Source: Neocallimastix sp. 'constans'
Lineage: Eukaryota
Direction of reading: 5' to 3'
DNA length: 64,000 nucleotides
Assembly (NCBI GenBank): GCA_050613775.1
Contig: JBODTK010000013.1
Span: 310,001 to 374,000 of the forward strand
This document shows, piece by piece, positions 39,301-53,400 of this stretch. The notes beneath the pieces are model-generated. The model was not told the origin of the DNA. It did not search any database and was given only the letters and a program-made list of their open reading frames with translations. The translations under genes were made by a program, and so were the position numbers. The first letter of the stretch is position 1, and each line of letters starts with the position of its first letter.

Positions 39301-42300
39301 AAATGACATAATTAAAAATATTATATTAAAAATAAGATATAAAAATAAAAACCAATCATATTACTGAATTATATTATTTTTATAATCTTTATATTAATTG
39401 ATATATATAACTTAAACAATTATCAAAAATATATATTAATAAAATTTATTATAAATTTTCATAAAAATATTAAACAATATATATTTCAATTCGTATTTAT
39501 TTAATGAAAATAAAATAAAGTTTTAAATAATGTATTAAATATGTATAAATAAACATCTAAACAGGTAACATATTCCTTATCAATTATATTTTAAAATATT
39601 CATAATATAAAATATTAAAAAATTATTAATAAAATAAATTAATTCGTTTAAAACTTTCAGCAATGGCTAGAAGAACTAATAGAAATCAAGTAATTACTAT
39701 TGAGGAACCCATCGACATCAGGCCAACAATTAAATTTAACTACTCTAAAAATTTTAACAGAGTAGTTGAATTAAATACTGAAAACTATAATAGATGGAGA
39801 ACCAAAATCCTTCATCTATTATCAATTAACAACCTAGTTGTTTATATCACCAATAAAAAAGGTTAAAAAATTAAGGAAAAGAGATATACAAGGTGATTTA
39901 TCTGAGTATATTGAAGATGAATTTGATGACACATTGGTGTATGACAAAAGCACCAACGTAGTTGACATCAATAATGATATTACAACAAAATGGATCGTCC
40001 TAAACAACATTGGAGAAAAAATCCAATACATTGTGCAAAGATCAAACAAAACAGCCTTTGAATTTTGGAGAATACTAAAAAGATCTTTTACCAAAAACAT
40101 TAATATATGTAAATTAGAACTTAAAAATAAACTCGATTATTTAAAGTATAACCCAGAAGTGGATATTAATATCCTTATTTCTGAACTACAAAATACCATT
40201 GATGAATTTCGAGAAAATAGATGACATTGAACCAAGTGTCAAAGTGGACCTCCTTAACTGAAGAGGAATTTCGTTGTATAAATATATTCCAATTTAAAAA
40301 TGATTGGAGTAAATGTAGTGAAAACTTTAAGGATGTATTGCCTGAAGTCATCTCTTCAAACTTAAATGAATCCATAAATACTAATCAAAACAATAAAATT
40401 ATATTTTCAATAGAAAATAATAATAATATTAATGCAAATAAGAAAAATCTCACTAAAACAAAAGATCTACTAAAAATACTAAAAATGGTATATTCAATTA
40501 CTGTGGTAAATAGGGTCATTTCTCTTATGACTGTAAAAATAGAAAAGATGATAAAATTAATAATAAAAGAAGAAAAACTTTCAAACACAGAAGAAATAAT
40601 TTTAAAAGAAAATATAATAAACGTAGAAATTATGCAAATTTCATGGAAAAAGAAAGGTATGATACAAGCAATGCAGATGCTTTTACCAAGAATTACATTT
40701 CTCAAGATAATCTGGATATTAATTTAGCCATAATAAATAAACATAACGACAACAACAAACAAAAAGAAATGATGTCTTGGATATTAGACTCCGGCGCATC
40801 AATAAATATCACAGGTCATTTAAATAAATTAAATAATATTCAAAAATGCAATGAAAAAGTTTATTTAGCTAATAATTAAATTATATCAACATAATTTAAA
40901 GGAGACCTCATACGGTACATTGATATTCAAAAAAATAATCATTAAAATGTTTACTACTCACCAAAAATAAATAAAAATTTATTATAAATTGGAAATCTCA
41001 TACAACAAGGATATAAGATAATTTTCAATAATAATAATAATAAATCATATGTACTAATTTATAATAAACACAATCAAAGATTATTATCAATTAAATCGAA
41101 CCAATCTAATACATTTATATTTTAGATTTCAATTCAGCCATTAAATTTTCAAAACAAGTACCAAAATAATAATTTGATTGAAGTCAATTATACACATTTG
41201 AAATCAATTGATAAACTAAATTTATGGCATCGTCGTTTGGCTTATTTCAATATCAACAGTATCAATAATAAAATTTTAAAAATCAACATAAATTCAAAGT
41301 GCCCTATTTGTAGTTATTCAAAACTTAAAAATAAACCTTTCAAATCGTCACATAGTAGAACTAAAAATATATTTCAACTCATACACATGAATCTCATAGG
41401 TCCAATCCAAAATTCTATTTATGGCAACAAATATATTTTAATCATCTTGGATGACCATTCAAGATTTGGGTGGATCCTCTTTATGAAGAGTAAATCAGAA
41501 ACTTTTTATCACTTCCATAATTGGTTTAATAAAATAAAAAATTAATTTAATAAAAGAATTCAATATATACATACAGATAATGGCACCGAATTTAACAACA
41601 AAAATTTTAAACAATTATGTATTAACTTTGGAATACAACATCAATTTACTGTTCCCTACCATCCACAACAAAATGGTAGGATTGAACAATTCAATGGTAC
41701 TGTAATCAATTCCGCAAAATCAATGTTAAATGATGAAAAATTGAGTTTACAATTTTGGGAAGACGTCGTAGCCACTTCCAACTACATTCATAACCGAATC
41801 CCTCATAAAGGCATAAATAATAAAATTCCATATTAACTTCTAACTAATAACAAAGTTGATTACTCAAACATATGTGTCTTCGGATGTAAAATTTTTTATT
41901 ACATTCCAAAACCATTCCGTACCAAATTTTAAAATAATTCATCTTCTGATATATTCTTGGGGTATGTTGATTATCCCACAGTATACAAAATTCTTGATTT
42001 AATAAATAATAAAATTATAATATCACGAAATGTTGAATTTTTTGAATTTACACCAGGTAATTCACATTTATCTCATTGCGATAATGATATCTCAAATTTT
42101 ATTCTTAATAATATAATTAGTAGGAATGATAATACTTACTTTTATGATAACTCGTATGATATAAATCATGGCACAGATTTCAATAATATTAACAATAATA
42201 ATCTGTATTATCAATATAATAAAAATAAGTCAAAAATATATGCAAATATTAAACAATAATATTCAAATTAATGAAAATAATATATCAAGTAAAAGCAATC

Positions 42301-42337
42301 AAATAAAAAATAAAAGAACATATAACAAAAGAATAAA

Positions 42338-42543
42338 TTTTAGAAATAAGAATATCTTTATTTTGTTAAAAAATATGAATAGTATCAATTTATAAAATTA
42401 TACGTTTTTGTAGTATTTATAGTTGAAATAATATACGGCTTATTATTATTACCTATCATATATCTTACACAGATATATTAAAATATATAACATTACACCT
42501 TAAATTAATCTAATTATAAAACTTTATATTTATATTTCTAACA
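42338..42543 (-). mobile_element. Solo LTR (206 bp) in the Copia-C IN-RT linker
   Basis: Reverse-complement homolog of 46011-46216; TSD ATAAA/AGAAA. Confidence 0.8.
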
Positions 42544-42820
42544 AGAAACAACAATAATAACAGCACCAAAAATATTAATATTAATCACAATAAAGATTAC
42601 AATAACAATATAGAATCTCAAGATAATTACATTAACAACAAAAACAATAATAGCAATAACACAAATAATAATAACAATAATAACCAAATTAACATTAATA
42701 ACAACAACATCAACAGCAATAATAACAAAACAAATAATAATATTAATCAAAAAAACAATATAATCACAAACAACAATGAAAACAATCACGATTATTCAAA
42801 TACAGTCAGCTATAGCTCAA

Positions 42821-42890
42821 ATAACAATAACAATAACAATAACAATAACAATAACAATAACAATAACAATAACAATAACAATAACAATAA
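42821..42890 (+). repeat. (AACAAT)n microsatellite in the Asn-rich linker
   Basis: About 11 perfect hexamer copies. Confidence 0.9.
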
Positions 42891-44832
42891 TGAAAACAAA
42901 ATATCAATAACTTAATGAATAACGAACTGTTCAACATAGAATCTTCTAAATATTTAGGAAAAAGAAATAGAGATGAAACCTTCATATTAAATTCAAATAA
43001 CAAAAAACAAAAATTATTAAAAGAATTACGCGAACCAAATATTTATGAAGATATCGTTAATTTAAATGATAAAAATAAATGGTTAAAATCAGTCGATAAT
43101 GAACTCAACAATATGAGAAATCTGAGAGTATATGAAACAATTAATAAATACCTAAAAATGCAAACTTAATATCATCAAGATGGATTTTTAAATTCAAACG
43201 CAACTCACAAGGAGAAATAATCAAGAGAAAATCAAGATTAGTAGCAAAGGGATTTACCCAAGAATACGTCAGAGATTATAAAAAAAACCTTTGCATCTAC
43301 CTTAAAGCAGGACTAAATAAGAATCTATACAGCGATTGCTACTCAGAACAATTTCGAAATAAATCAAATAAATATAACCGTCGCCTATTTAAATGTTGAA
43401 TTAAATGAAGATTTGTATATGAAACCACCTAAAGGACATGAAGATCACAATAAGAAATTTTGAAAATTGAAGGCAATATATGGGCTGAAAGAAAGTGGTG
43501 CTAAGTAGAATAACAAATTAAATGACTATCTAATAAAAATTGGATGTAAAAGACCTATAATTGAACCTTGTTTTACATTAAATTTAATAAAGGAAAACTT
43601 TTAAGTATGTTAGGTATATATGTAGATGATATTTAAATATCAGGATCAAAAAAAACAATAGAAAGTCTAAAATTATTAATTAAGAAAAAATTCAAAATTA
43701 AAGATATAAGTAATGTTGATTATATTATTGGAATAAAATTTATAAAACATAAAAATGGTTACTTTTTACATCAACACAGATATATAGATGAATTGCCTTC
43801 TAAGTTTAATATGAAAAATTGAATATCTCTTAAATTGTGACTACAATTGAAAATGAAGTTCTCAGGAAGGTAAAAGTTGATGAAACAAAATATAGAAGTA
43901 TAATCGGAAATTAATTATATCTCAGTATATGTACTAGACCCGATATTATCTTCCCTGTATCAAAAGCAGCTAGAAGAGCAAAGGAACCAAATATGGAAGA
44001 CTGGAATAACGTAATGAGAATATTAAGATACTTAAAAGGCACTTAAAAAATATGGAATAAATTTCACAAATAATCTGAATATTAAAGCATATGTTGATTC
44101 GAATTACAGAAGTGACTTGGAAACTAGACGTTCAACAACAGGATTTTTAATAACATTTGGTAGTGCACAAATAAGCTTGTTTTCAAAGTTATAAAAATTC
44201 ATATCGACTTCAGCAGCCAAATCTAAATATTACAGTCTGTATTTAAATTTATTCGAATAATTAAACATAAATATTAAAAATCTTGAGGTAAATGTTGACA
44301 ACAAAGTAGCTATTTATAATGCTAAAAATCAAACTATCAACCAAAAAACTAAATATGTAGATATTAGGGTTCATTACATAAGTGAAATAGTCAAAGAAAA
44401 TAAAATCTATCTTACGTATATAAAATATAAAAACAATCTTGCTGATGGGTATACAAAGTATTTAAACGGAACATTAATGGATAAATTCTGAAATTTTTTA
44501 TTAACTAAAATTGATGATTTTTATTTTAATTAAAATAATATAAATAAAAAATATGACAATTAACGAAAGTCATATTTAATAAAGAATATTAAAGTATAAA
44601 AAATAAATATTTAATAATGACTTTAATATAAATTACTCAATCATAATATTATTATATTTAAATAAAATATATAAAATAAAATAAAATGTAACTTTAATAA
44701 ATAACAAATATATTTTTATAATCATAATAAAAAATATAAATATAAATAAAATTAAATATTAAATTTTATATATAAAATATTATAATAAAAATATAACTAA
44801 TTTTCTTAATGTTTTTTGATGTTTAATAATTG

Positions 44833-44911
44833 TTTATTATTATTAATCATTTATTATTATTAATCATTTATTATTATTAATCATTTATTATTATTAACCA
44901 TTTATTATTAT
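44833..44911. repeat. 17-bp tandem array (TTTATTATTATTAATCA), target of two Copia insertions
   Basis: 4-5 copies; the same motif continues at ~37980-38001 and 57935-57965. Confidence 0.75.
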
Positions 44912-46010
44912 TGAGAAAAATAAAACTTATAAAACTAAGAAAAGCATTAAATTAAAAAAAATAATATAACAAAGTATTTTATGTTATGAGTAATATAAAA
45001 TGTTTATTAAGATTATTTTATTATAAAGATATATTTTACAAAGAGATAATTTTTACATTAAATTTATTTCATATTTTATATCGTAGTTAACATTATTTAA
45101 TTTACTTAGAGATTAATTATTGGTTGATATAAGTTAATAATATAAATAAATGTATATAAAAATTTTGTCTCTAACATTCCCCCACAATAACTTAGTTTTT
45201 AAAATTATATATTTTATAAAAAAAAAAAAGAAAAAAACAATTATAAGTTAATAAATTTCTAAGTCCTTTGGCTGTGTTAATAAGGAATTTCTAAATTTAA
45301 CCATGGAAGTACCAATTAGATATTTTGTAAACCAATCCCCTAAACTGTATCGAGATTTTACGTATTTTAATATTATTTTATTGTCCTTTATTAGTTCTCT
45401 TACGTAGTGCAATCTTAAGTCCATATGTTTTGTTCTTGGATTAATTGATTGGTTTTTTGCATTATAGATTGCGGCTTTATTGTCTATGTTGACTTCAATA
45501 CCACTAATATTGAATTTTAATTCCTTTAATAAGTTTATGTACCACATACAGTGCTTGCTACATTCACTAAAACTGTAGTTTTCAGCCTCAGCTGTGAAAG
45601 TGGATATGCAATCCTGTAGTTTTGAGCACCAACTAGTAGGCGAATCTCCTATTGTAATTATGAATCATATAGTCGATCTTTTTGTTTTTATGTCCCCAGC
45701 ATAGTCGGCATCTACGAAGCTTTAATATTGGAATTTCTTGATACGTTAATACCATATTCTATTGTACCTTTTAAATATTTTACTATTCATTTTAAGTTTT
45801 TTCAATCTTCCTAGTTGGGTTCTTTTGCTTTTTGTGCCGCTTTAGACACTACATATAAAATATCCGGCCTAGTACAAATACCTAAGTATAATAAGCTTTC
45901 AACAGCGTTCAACAGCGCTTCTATAAGTAGTTTCATTCATTTTCTTCTTTCTTAATTTTAAGTTTACAATTGGTGTTAAGTTTCGAATAGCGATAGCACT
46001 TGACAATCCA

Positions 46011-46216
46011 TGTTAGAAATATAAATATAAAGTTTTATAATTACACTAATTTACGGAGTAATTTTATATTTTTAATATATCTGTGTAAGATATATGATAG
46101 GTAATAATAATAATCCTCTTATTATGTCAACTATAAATACCATAAAAATGTATAATTTTATAAAATGATACTATTCTTTATTTTTACATAATAAAAAGAG
46201 ATTCCTACTTTTCACA
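46011..46216 (+). mobile_element. Solo LTR (206 bp) in Copia-B RT
   Basis: TG...CA termini, perfect TSD ATCCA. Confidence 0.9.
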
Positions 46217-46435
46217 ATCCATATTTGGTAATTATATCATTAGTGTATTTTTCTTGATTTAAAAAGTAACCTCCTTTATGTTTTACAAATTTTATTCCAA
46301 TTATGAAATTGACTTCACCAATTTCTTTTATTTTGAATTTATTTTTTATCATTTTTGTGATTTGATATACCTTTGCTTTGTTACCTGCAAGTACTATACC
46401 ATCCACATAAAAAGATATGAAGCATGTAGTCTTGT

Positions 46436-47133
46436 TGTAAAGATGTGATTATCCCAATCACATTTTAAATTAAAAATTTTTTTGTGTAATTCAAAAATGT
46501 AAATTATTCTTTGTTTTATAAAATAATAAACAAAGTAAATAAATCATATGAACTAAATTTTTGAATTATATTCGTTAAGCCACAAGATAAATTTTTAATG
46601 TAATAATTTTTATAAAATTTAATTCTGAGAAAATTATTGTTTTAAAATAATTTAAATGAATTAATTAAAGTTTAAAACGAAATAAATTAATAATTTATTT
46701 TGTGAAAATTAAGTTTCAAAATTTAATCATGACTCTTTTGACATTGTTTTTAAATCGAAAATAAATAAAGACTTTACTTATAATATTAAAATAATAAATA
46801 GATAATAAATATACTTAATTTTAATTATTTAGTGTTTAGTTTAATTAATAATTACATTTTTCTAAATTTAGCTATAGTTTATAAATTTGTTATTTAATAA
46901 AATTCATTACGATAGTTTTATATTAAAATATATGTAATTTAAATAAAATAATATATTATCAATGTATTTAGGAAAAGTATAAATAGAAGATACTTTTCAC
47001 ATTTTTTTTCGATGTAATTGTTATTGAACAAATAACTATTAATAAATATTAAATATTAATAAAATATATTTTTAATAAAATAAAATTTATTGTGTCTTTG
47101 TTATTGTAATCTATTTTAGTGTCTCCTTTTACA
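46436..47133. mobile_element. Solo LTR-like element, long form (698 bp), in Copia-B RT
   Basis: TGTAAA...TTTACA termini, perfect TSD CTTGT; removing it restores RT continuity. Confidence 0.88.
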
Positions 47134-49453
47134 CTTGTTATGTTTATCTGTTGTAAAGTATGTGCATGGTTCACAAGTCAGTCTTCTGAAGCCTATATTT
47201 AGTAGGTGTCCATTTAATTCATTGTTCCATTCCATTTCGCTTTGCTTTAAACCATATATGATTTTCTTTAGTTTCCAGATATAATTCTTGTGATCAGGAT
47301 GTCCCTTTGGAGGCTCCATGCATATTTTTTTTTTAGATGAGTGTTTAAGTAGTCAGCTTTAACATCTATTTGTTCGATTTGGAAGTTATATCTTGCTGCT
47401 ATATATGTAAATATTCTTATCAAATCTAGTTTTAAGGTGGGTGCAAACGTACCTTTATAGTCTATTTCATGTTGCTGCGTGAATCCTTTTGCCACAAGCC
47501 TTGTTTTTCTTTTGACTATGTCCCTTTTAGAGTTTCTTTTATACTTAAATATTAGCCTGGACTTTATAATATTAGCTTCTTCTGGGACTTCATATTTATC
47601 TATTTGTTCATAAACTTTTAGGTCTTTCAAGTTACAAAGGGTTAGGGTAAATCATTCATATTGATCTTCGAGATTGTATATGTCGTTATAGTCTAATGGT
47701 TCTCTTTAATTTTTATTTAGTACTTATTTGTTATTCATGATAGTATTATTAGTATTAGATTTTTGATTTTTTTTATTTTCATTGTTTTAGTTACTTATAA
47801 TGCTGCTAATTCGAATATCGTTTGTTTCAGAACGACTATTTTTATTTGAATAATTTTTGTTGTATTTTACTTGATTAGTGTTTATGTTAGTATTATTGTC
47901 TTGAGTAGCGCTGGTATTGTTATTTTGATTAGTATTGATATTATTATTTATGGTAGTGCTGATAGCTTTACGTGAACTTGTGCGTATTTACTTAACTTAG
48001 CATCGTTAAGCATTACTTTGGCAGACGAGATTAAGGTTCCGTTGATTCGCTCAGTTTTTCCATTTTGCTGAGGATTGTGTGATACTGTAAATTATTGAGT
48101 AATTCCGTAAGACTGACAGAATTCTTTGAATTTGTTACGAAATTCTGTTCCATTATCAGAATGTAAATATTTTATTCTAGTATTAAATAAATTTTTATTA
48201 TTGATGAACCACTTATAAAAGGCGGAAAATATGTAATCTTTTCCTTTAAGGAAGAGGACCCATCCGTATCTAGAGTAATCATCCAAGATGGTAAAGAAAT
48301 ATTTATTTCCGTGTATGGATTCAGGTAGTGGACCTATAAAATCCAAGTGTAGCAGTTCAAAAATGTGCTTAGTGGTATTAATGTTTCTTAAATAAGGTTT
48401 ATTTTTAATCTTGGATTAAGCACATAGAGGGCATTTTAAATTGATGTTTGTATTAAGTAATTTGTTTATAATTGGTTTTATGTCGAAATGGCTGAATCTT
48501 CTGTGCCATAAATTTAATTTACCGGGAATCTTCATTATAATATAATTAATTTCGTCATTTGTGAATCTAGTATTATTGTCATGTAAAAATATATATTGCG
48601 TTGATAACCAAATGCTGAATGTATTGTTCGAATTTGAAATAATATTGGCGATTTTGTTTTGGTATTTGTCATAGATTCTGACATACGATTTGTTGTGGTT
48701 GGTATTAGATAAAATTTTATAATTTTGTTTAATTAAGTTTCCAATTAATATTAAATTTTTATTGATTAATGGTTAGTAATAAATATCTTCAATTGTGAAT
48801 TCGTATTCATTAATGTATCCTATGAAGGTGCCAACCTTATTGATGATAATTGATTGATTGTTAACAAAAAATATTTTTTTATTGCAATGTTTGATATTTG
48901 TGAGTTTATCGAGTCTGTTGGTGATGTTGATTGAAGCTCCTGAATCTAAGGTCCAACAGATTAATTCTTTATTTATAGACTTTATTGATTCATTTTTATT
49001 ATCTATTAAGTCTATATTATTTGATTCATTTGTGCTGTAATCGTGAGAAAAACAGTCCACATATATATTGTTATAATTGTTTCTTTGTATGTTGTATATA
49101 ACCTTTTTGTTTCTTACATATAATTTATTGTAATTGTTTTTTCTTTTAAAATTTGTGTTCCTTTTTCTTCTTAATTGATTTGTTTTTCTTTTGAAGTAAT
49201 TGTATTAGAAATGTCCCCTTTTTCCACAGTAATTGCATTTAATATTTGTTAAAATATATTTACTATATTTCATTTTATATTAACCAATCAATTAGTTTAA
49301 TAAATAATATTCATGTATAAAAGCTTTCTAAATGAACATGTTTTTCTTTAGTTCTATTTTTTATAAAAAAATATATTAATAAATAATATAATAATCTATA
49401 ATATAAATAAATTAAACTATTATTTAATTAAATGAACATTAATGTGCCTAAAA

Positions 49454-49483
49454 GATTAAGAGTCTCAATCTACTAATTGAGTT
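49454..49483 (+). promoter_or_regulatory. Primer-binding site complementary to the 5' half of tRNA-Lys(CUU); equivalents at 38240, 61365 (+) and 57666 (-)
   Basis: GATTAAGAGTCTCA directly abuts the 5' LTR; its reverse complement TGAGACTCTTAATC is the Lys-CUU anticodon arm. Confidence 0.85.
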
Positions 49484-49680
49484 TGAATTAAAATAAAGTT
49501 AAGTTATAATATAAATTAAATTTTTCTATTTTTACCTTTCAATAAAACCAAAGAACTAATAAATTATTATTTTTATTATTTATTGCATTTTATTTATTAC
49601 CGAATCAAATCCATAAGAAATAAAGATATTTTTTTTAATCTACAATAAATAAAATTATAGTTAAATTGTCAAATAATAAA

Positions 49681-49987
49681 ATTAATATCATCAAGATGAA
49701 AAATTTATTGTCAACTGATGATATTAATATTAAAATAAAATAAAAATGATATCATCAAGATGAAAAATTTATTGTCAACTGATGATATTAATATTAAAGA
49801 TAAAATAAACATAGTATCATCAAGATGAGAAATAAATAGTCAACTGATGATACTAATATTAAATTAAATTAAATCTAGTATCATCAAGATGAAAATTAAA
49901 TAGTCAACTGATGATACTAATATTAAATTAAATTAAATCTAATATCATCAAGATGAGAAATAAATAGTCAACTGATGGTATTTAGAT
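49681..49987 (+). repeat. Five ~62-bp tandem hairpin units in the Copia-A leader
   Basis: TATCATCAAGATGA...GTCAACTGATGATA x5. Confidence 0.92.
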
Positions 49988-50483
49988 AAATTTGAAACTA
50001 AAATATTATTAATATAAAAAAAAAATATAAATAAATTAAAATAATAATAAAAAATTAATTATATGTATTAAATAAATCACATTATGTAATATATCAAATA
50101 TATTAAAATGAAATTATAAAACTAATCAATGAATAAAAAATAAAAAATATAATCAAATAATAATCACCTTTTATTTAATCAAAATTAATAATAAATTAAA
50201 TAATATAAATGCCTTAATTATTAAAGTTTGGTATTACAATACTAAATGAGATAAAAATAGTAACAAATTAATGAAATCAAATTTAAGTAAAAATTAAAAT
50301 GAGAATTTTTAATATAACAAATTAATACTAATAAATTAATAAAAATTAACAGAATTAAATATTATAATATTTTTTTAAAAAAAAAAAAAACTACTAAAAT
50401 ATTTTTATTAATTGAGATATTAAAAAATAGTTATAATTAATTTAAAATAATAATAAAAATTTAAGACTTCAAAAGTACTCGAA

Positions 50484-53400
50484 ATGGCTGGAAGAAGAAG
50501 AAACCAAGAATAAGTTATCAACCTCACCGGAGAAGATATTACACATAACGGAATAACCTTTAATTATTCCGAAAATTTCAACCAAATTACTGAACTAAAT
50601 ACAGAAAACTACCCTGGTTGGAGAAGAAAAATTTTGTATTTGCTAACAATAAATAAATTAACCAAATATGTCCTTCATCCAATTGTAAAGAAGTTAAGAA
50701 AGAGAGATATAAGAGAAGAATTAACAGATTACCCGGAGGATCAATTTGATAGTTCGTTAGTTTATGAAAAGAACACTAAAAACATTGATATAACTAACGA
50801 CATCACGGCCAAATGGATTATCATAAATGGGCTTGGAGAACAAACACAAAAACTAATAAATGGAAATGAAAAGACCGCTTTTCAAATTTGGAACATCTTC
50901 CAAGAATCGTTTACCAAAAGCAAGGAAAGAAGAAAAATCGAAATCCAAAACAAAATTGAAACAATGAAGTTTGACACCAAGACCGATATAAATATATTCA
51001 TTGCCAATTTGCAAAATTTAATAGACGAACTTGAGAAAATTGACAATGACCTTAGTATAAATACAAAAATCGGCATTCTAAATAGATGCTTACCTGAAGA
51101 TCTAAGGTGGATAAACGTCTTTCAACATAAGAGTTGGGAATCATGCTGCTCCTATGTTAAGGAAATCATCCCTAATATCGTTTTATCTAATTTAAAAGAA
51201 AAAAATTCAATTCAGGAAAACAACAATAATGTTCTCTTCAATGCTGAAACAATAAAGAGCAAGAATTATCGAAACAATAATAGAACTAAAGGTAAAAGAA
51301 AAAGTCTCAAAAGGAGTAGTGGAAGATGCAACTATTGTGGAAGAAGAGGACATTACTTCTATGAATGTAAATTCAGAAAAAATAATTTATATAAAAATCA
51401 AAACAAAAATAAATTTAATAAAAGAACTAAAAACAAAAGAAAATTTCAAAACGATATTAATTATCTGAACACTAATGATGCCTCTTCAAGTAATTATGAT
51501 ACAATATATGCAGATGCCTTTACTAAAGATTATAATACAGAAAATAATATTGAATTAAATTACTGTAACGTTGAAAAAGAATTTTTAAATGAAGATAGTG
51601 ACAAAAACTTTCTTTCATGTTGGATTTTGGACTCCGGTGCTTCAATCAATATCACAAGCAATCTTAATCTTCTAATAGACATAAAAAAATGTAATGAAGA
51701 AATTAATCTAGCTAATGGACAAATAATTACAGCTGTCCATAAAGGAAAATTTAAGGGGTATGTAAACAACAATGAAATAATACTTAATGAGGTATACTAC
51801 TCTCCAGCCATCAATAAAAATTTAATATCCATATGCAATTTACTAAAAGAAAATTACAAAATTGTTTTTAATAATTCAAATAATAAATCATATGCAATCA
51901 TTTACAATAGCAACAATAAAAGAATAGTTAACATTACTGCAACCAAGACTAATACATTTAAAATTTGGTTTTCCAATAATAAAATAAATCTCAATAATAA
52001 TAACAATCAACATAATAATTTAGAAATAAATTTCACTACACCAAATGCAGCAAAGAGATTAAATTTATGGCATAGAAGATTATGTCATTTTGATATTAGT
52101 CATATTAAAAATAAATTATTAAAACTTAATACACCAATTAATCAATGCCCAATTTGTATGAATTCAAAACTTAAAAATAAACCATATAAGCAAGCAATAA
52201 ATAAGTCGAAACATATATTTGAATTACTTCACATGGACTTGGTTGGTCCTCTTCCTGAATCACTTTATGGTAATAAATATCTTTTTACAATCCTCGATGA
52301 CTATTCACGCTATGGATGGACTTTGTTTTTAAAATCTAAAAGTGACACCTTTAACTCATTTTACAATTGGTTTTTAAGTATTAAAAATAAGTATAATACT
52401 AGAATTATATATATTCGAACGGATAATGGTACAGAATTTTGCAATAATAATTTTAATTTATTCTTTAAATCTTACGGTATTAAACATCAACTAACTGTAC
52501 CATATAACCCACAACAAAATGGAAGGGTGGAACGCTTCAATGGCACCCTAATTAATTCCGCCAAAGCTATGCTGAATGACTCTAAACTTAGTCACCAATT
52601 TTGGGAAGATGCTACCTCTACGGCTAACTATATACATAATCGCATTCCACACAAAGGAATAAATATGAAAATACCTTATGAAATAATTAACAAAACAAAG
52701 GTCAACTACTCAAATATTAAAGTATTTGGATGCAAAGTTTATTTCTTTATTCCTAAAGTCTTTAGATCTAAATTCGATAACAATACTAAACCAGGGATTT
52801 TTCTAGGATACTCTGAAAACCCATCAGCTTACAAAATTTTAGATATTACTACTAATAAAATAATCCTATCTAGATGTGTTGCCTTTTTCGAATCCAATCC
52901 TGGAAACAGTTATCTTAAAGAATGCTCACCTGAACTTGCCAATTTTATTCCGGATCACGAAATCAGGGGAGATAATACATATAATACATATTATAATAAA
53001 AATACATACGATACCAATACATATAACATTAATCATAATATTCAACAAAGATTAAATAAAATTGATTATCCAGGTTCTAATGAATTTTTTAATTCAGAAA
53101 ACATTCTAAGTAATTCACCAATATTAAATAATAGCAATATACAAAATATATACGAAGATATAATCAATAAAAATAATTCTAAGAATAAAAGAAAATATAA
53201 CAAAAAACAAAGAAATAATAATTACAGTAATAATAATAGTAACAATAACAATGAAAATATCAATAATGATAACCATAACAATAATTTCATTGATAATAAT
53301 ACGAATAATAATAACAATAATATAAACAATAATAATAATAATAATAATAATATCATAACCAATAATAATTTTATCAACAATAATAATACAAATAACGGTA

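Larger units (their letters stand above)
39663..44530 (+). pseudogene. Copia-C gag-pol pseudogene
   Basis: MARRTNRNQ start, WILDSGAS, LWHRRL..CPIC, LDDHSRF, TDNGTEF, PQQNGRIE, YVDD (~43620), LADGYTK (~44440); many stops and frameshifts. Confidence 0.9.
38002..44828 (+). mobile_element. Ty1/Copia LTR retrotransposon 'Copia-C', full length, degenerate
   Basis: LTRs 38002-38239 and 44587-44828; TSD ATTAT/ATTGT; PBS at 38240; broken gag-PR-IN-RT-RH frame. Confidence 0.9.

Noticed and set aside
49681..49987. CRISPR array (also 57051-57355 and 60758-60901)
   Set aside because: Palindromic or periodic units but no unique spacers; these are plain tandem repeats, two of them in retrotransposon leaders
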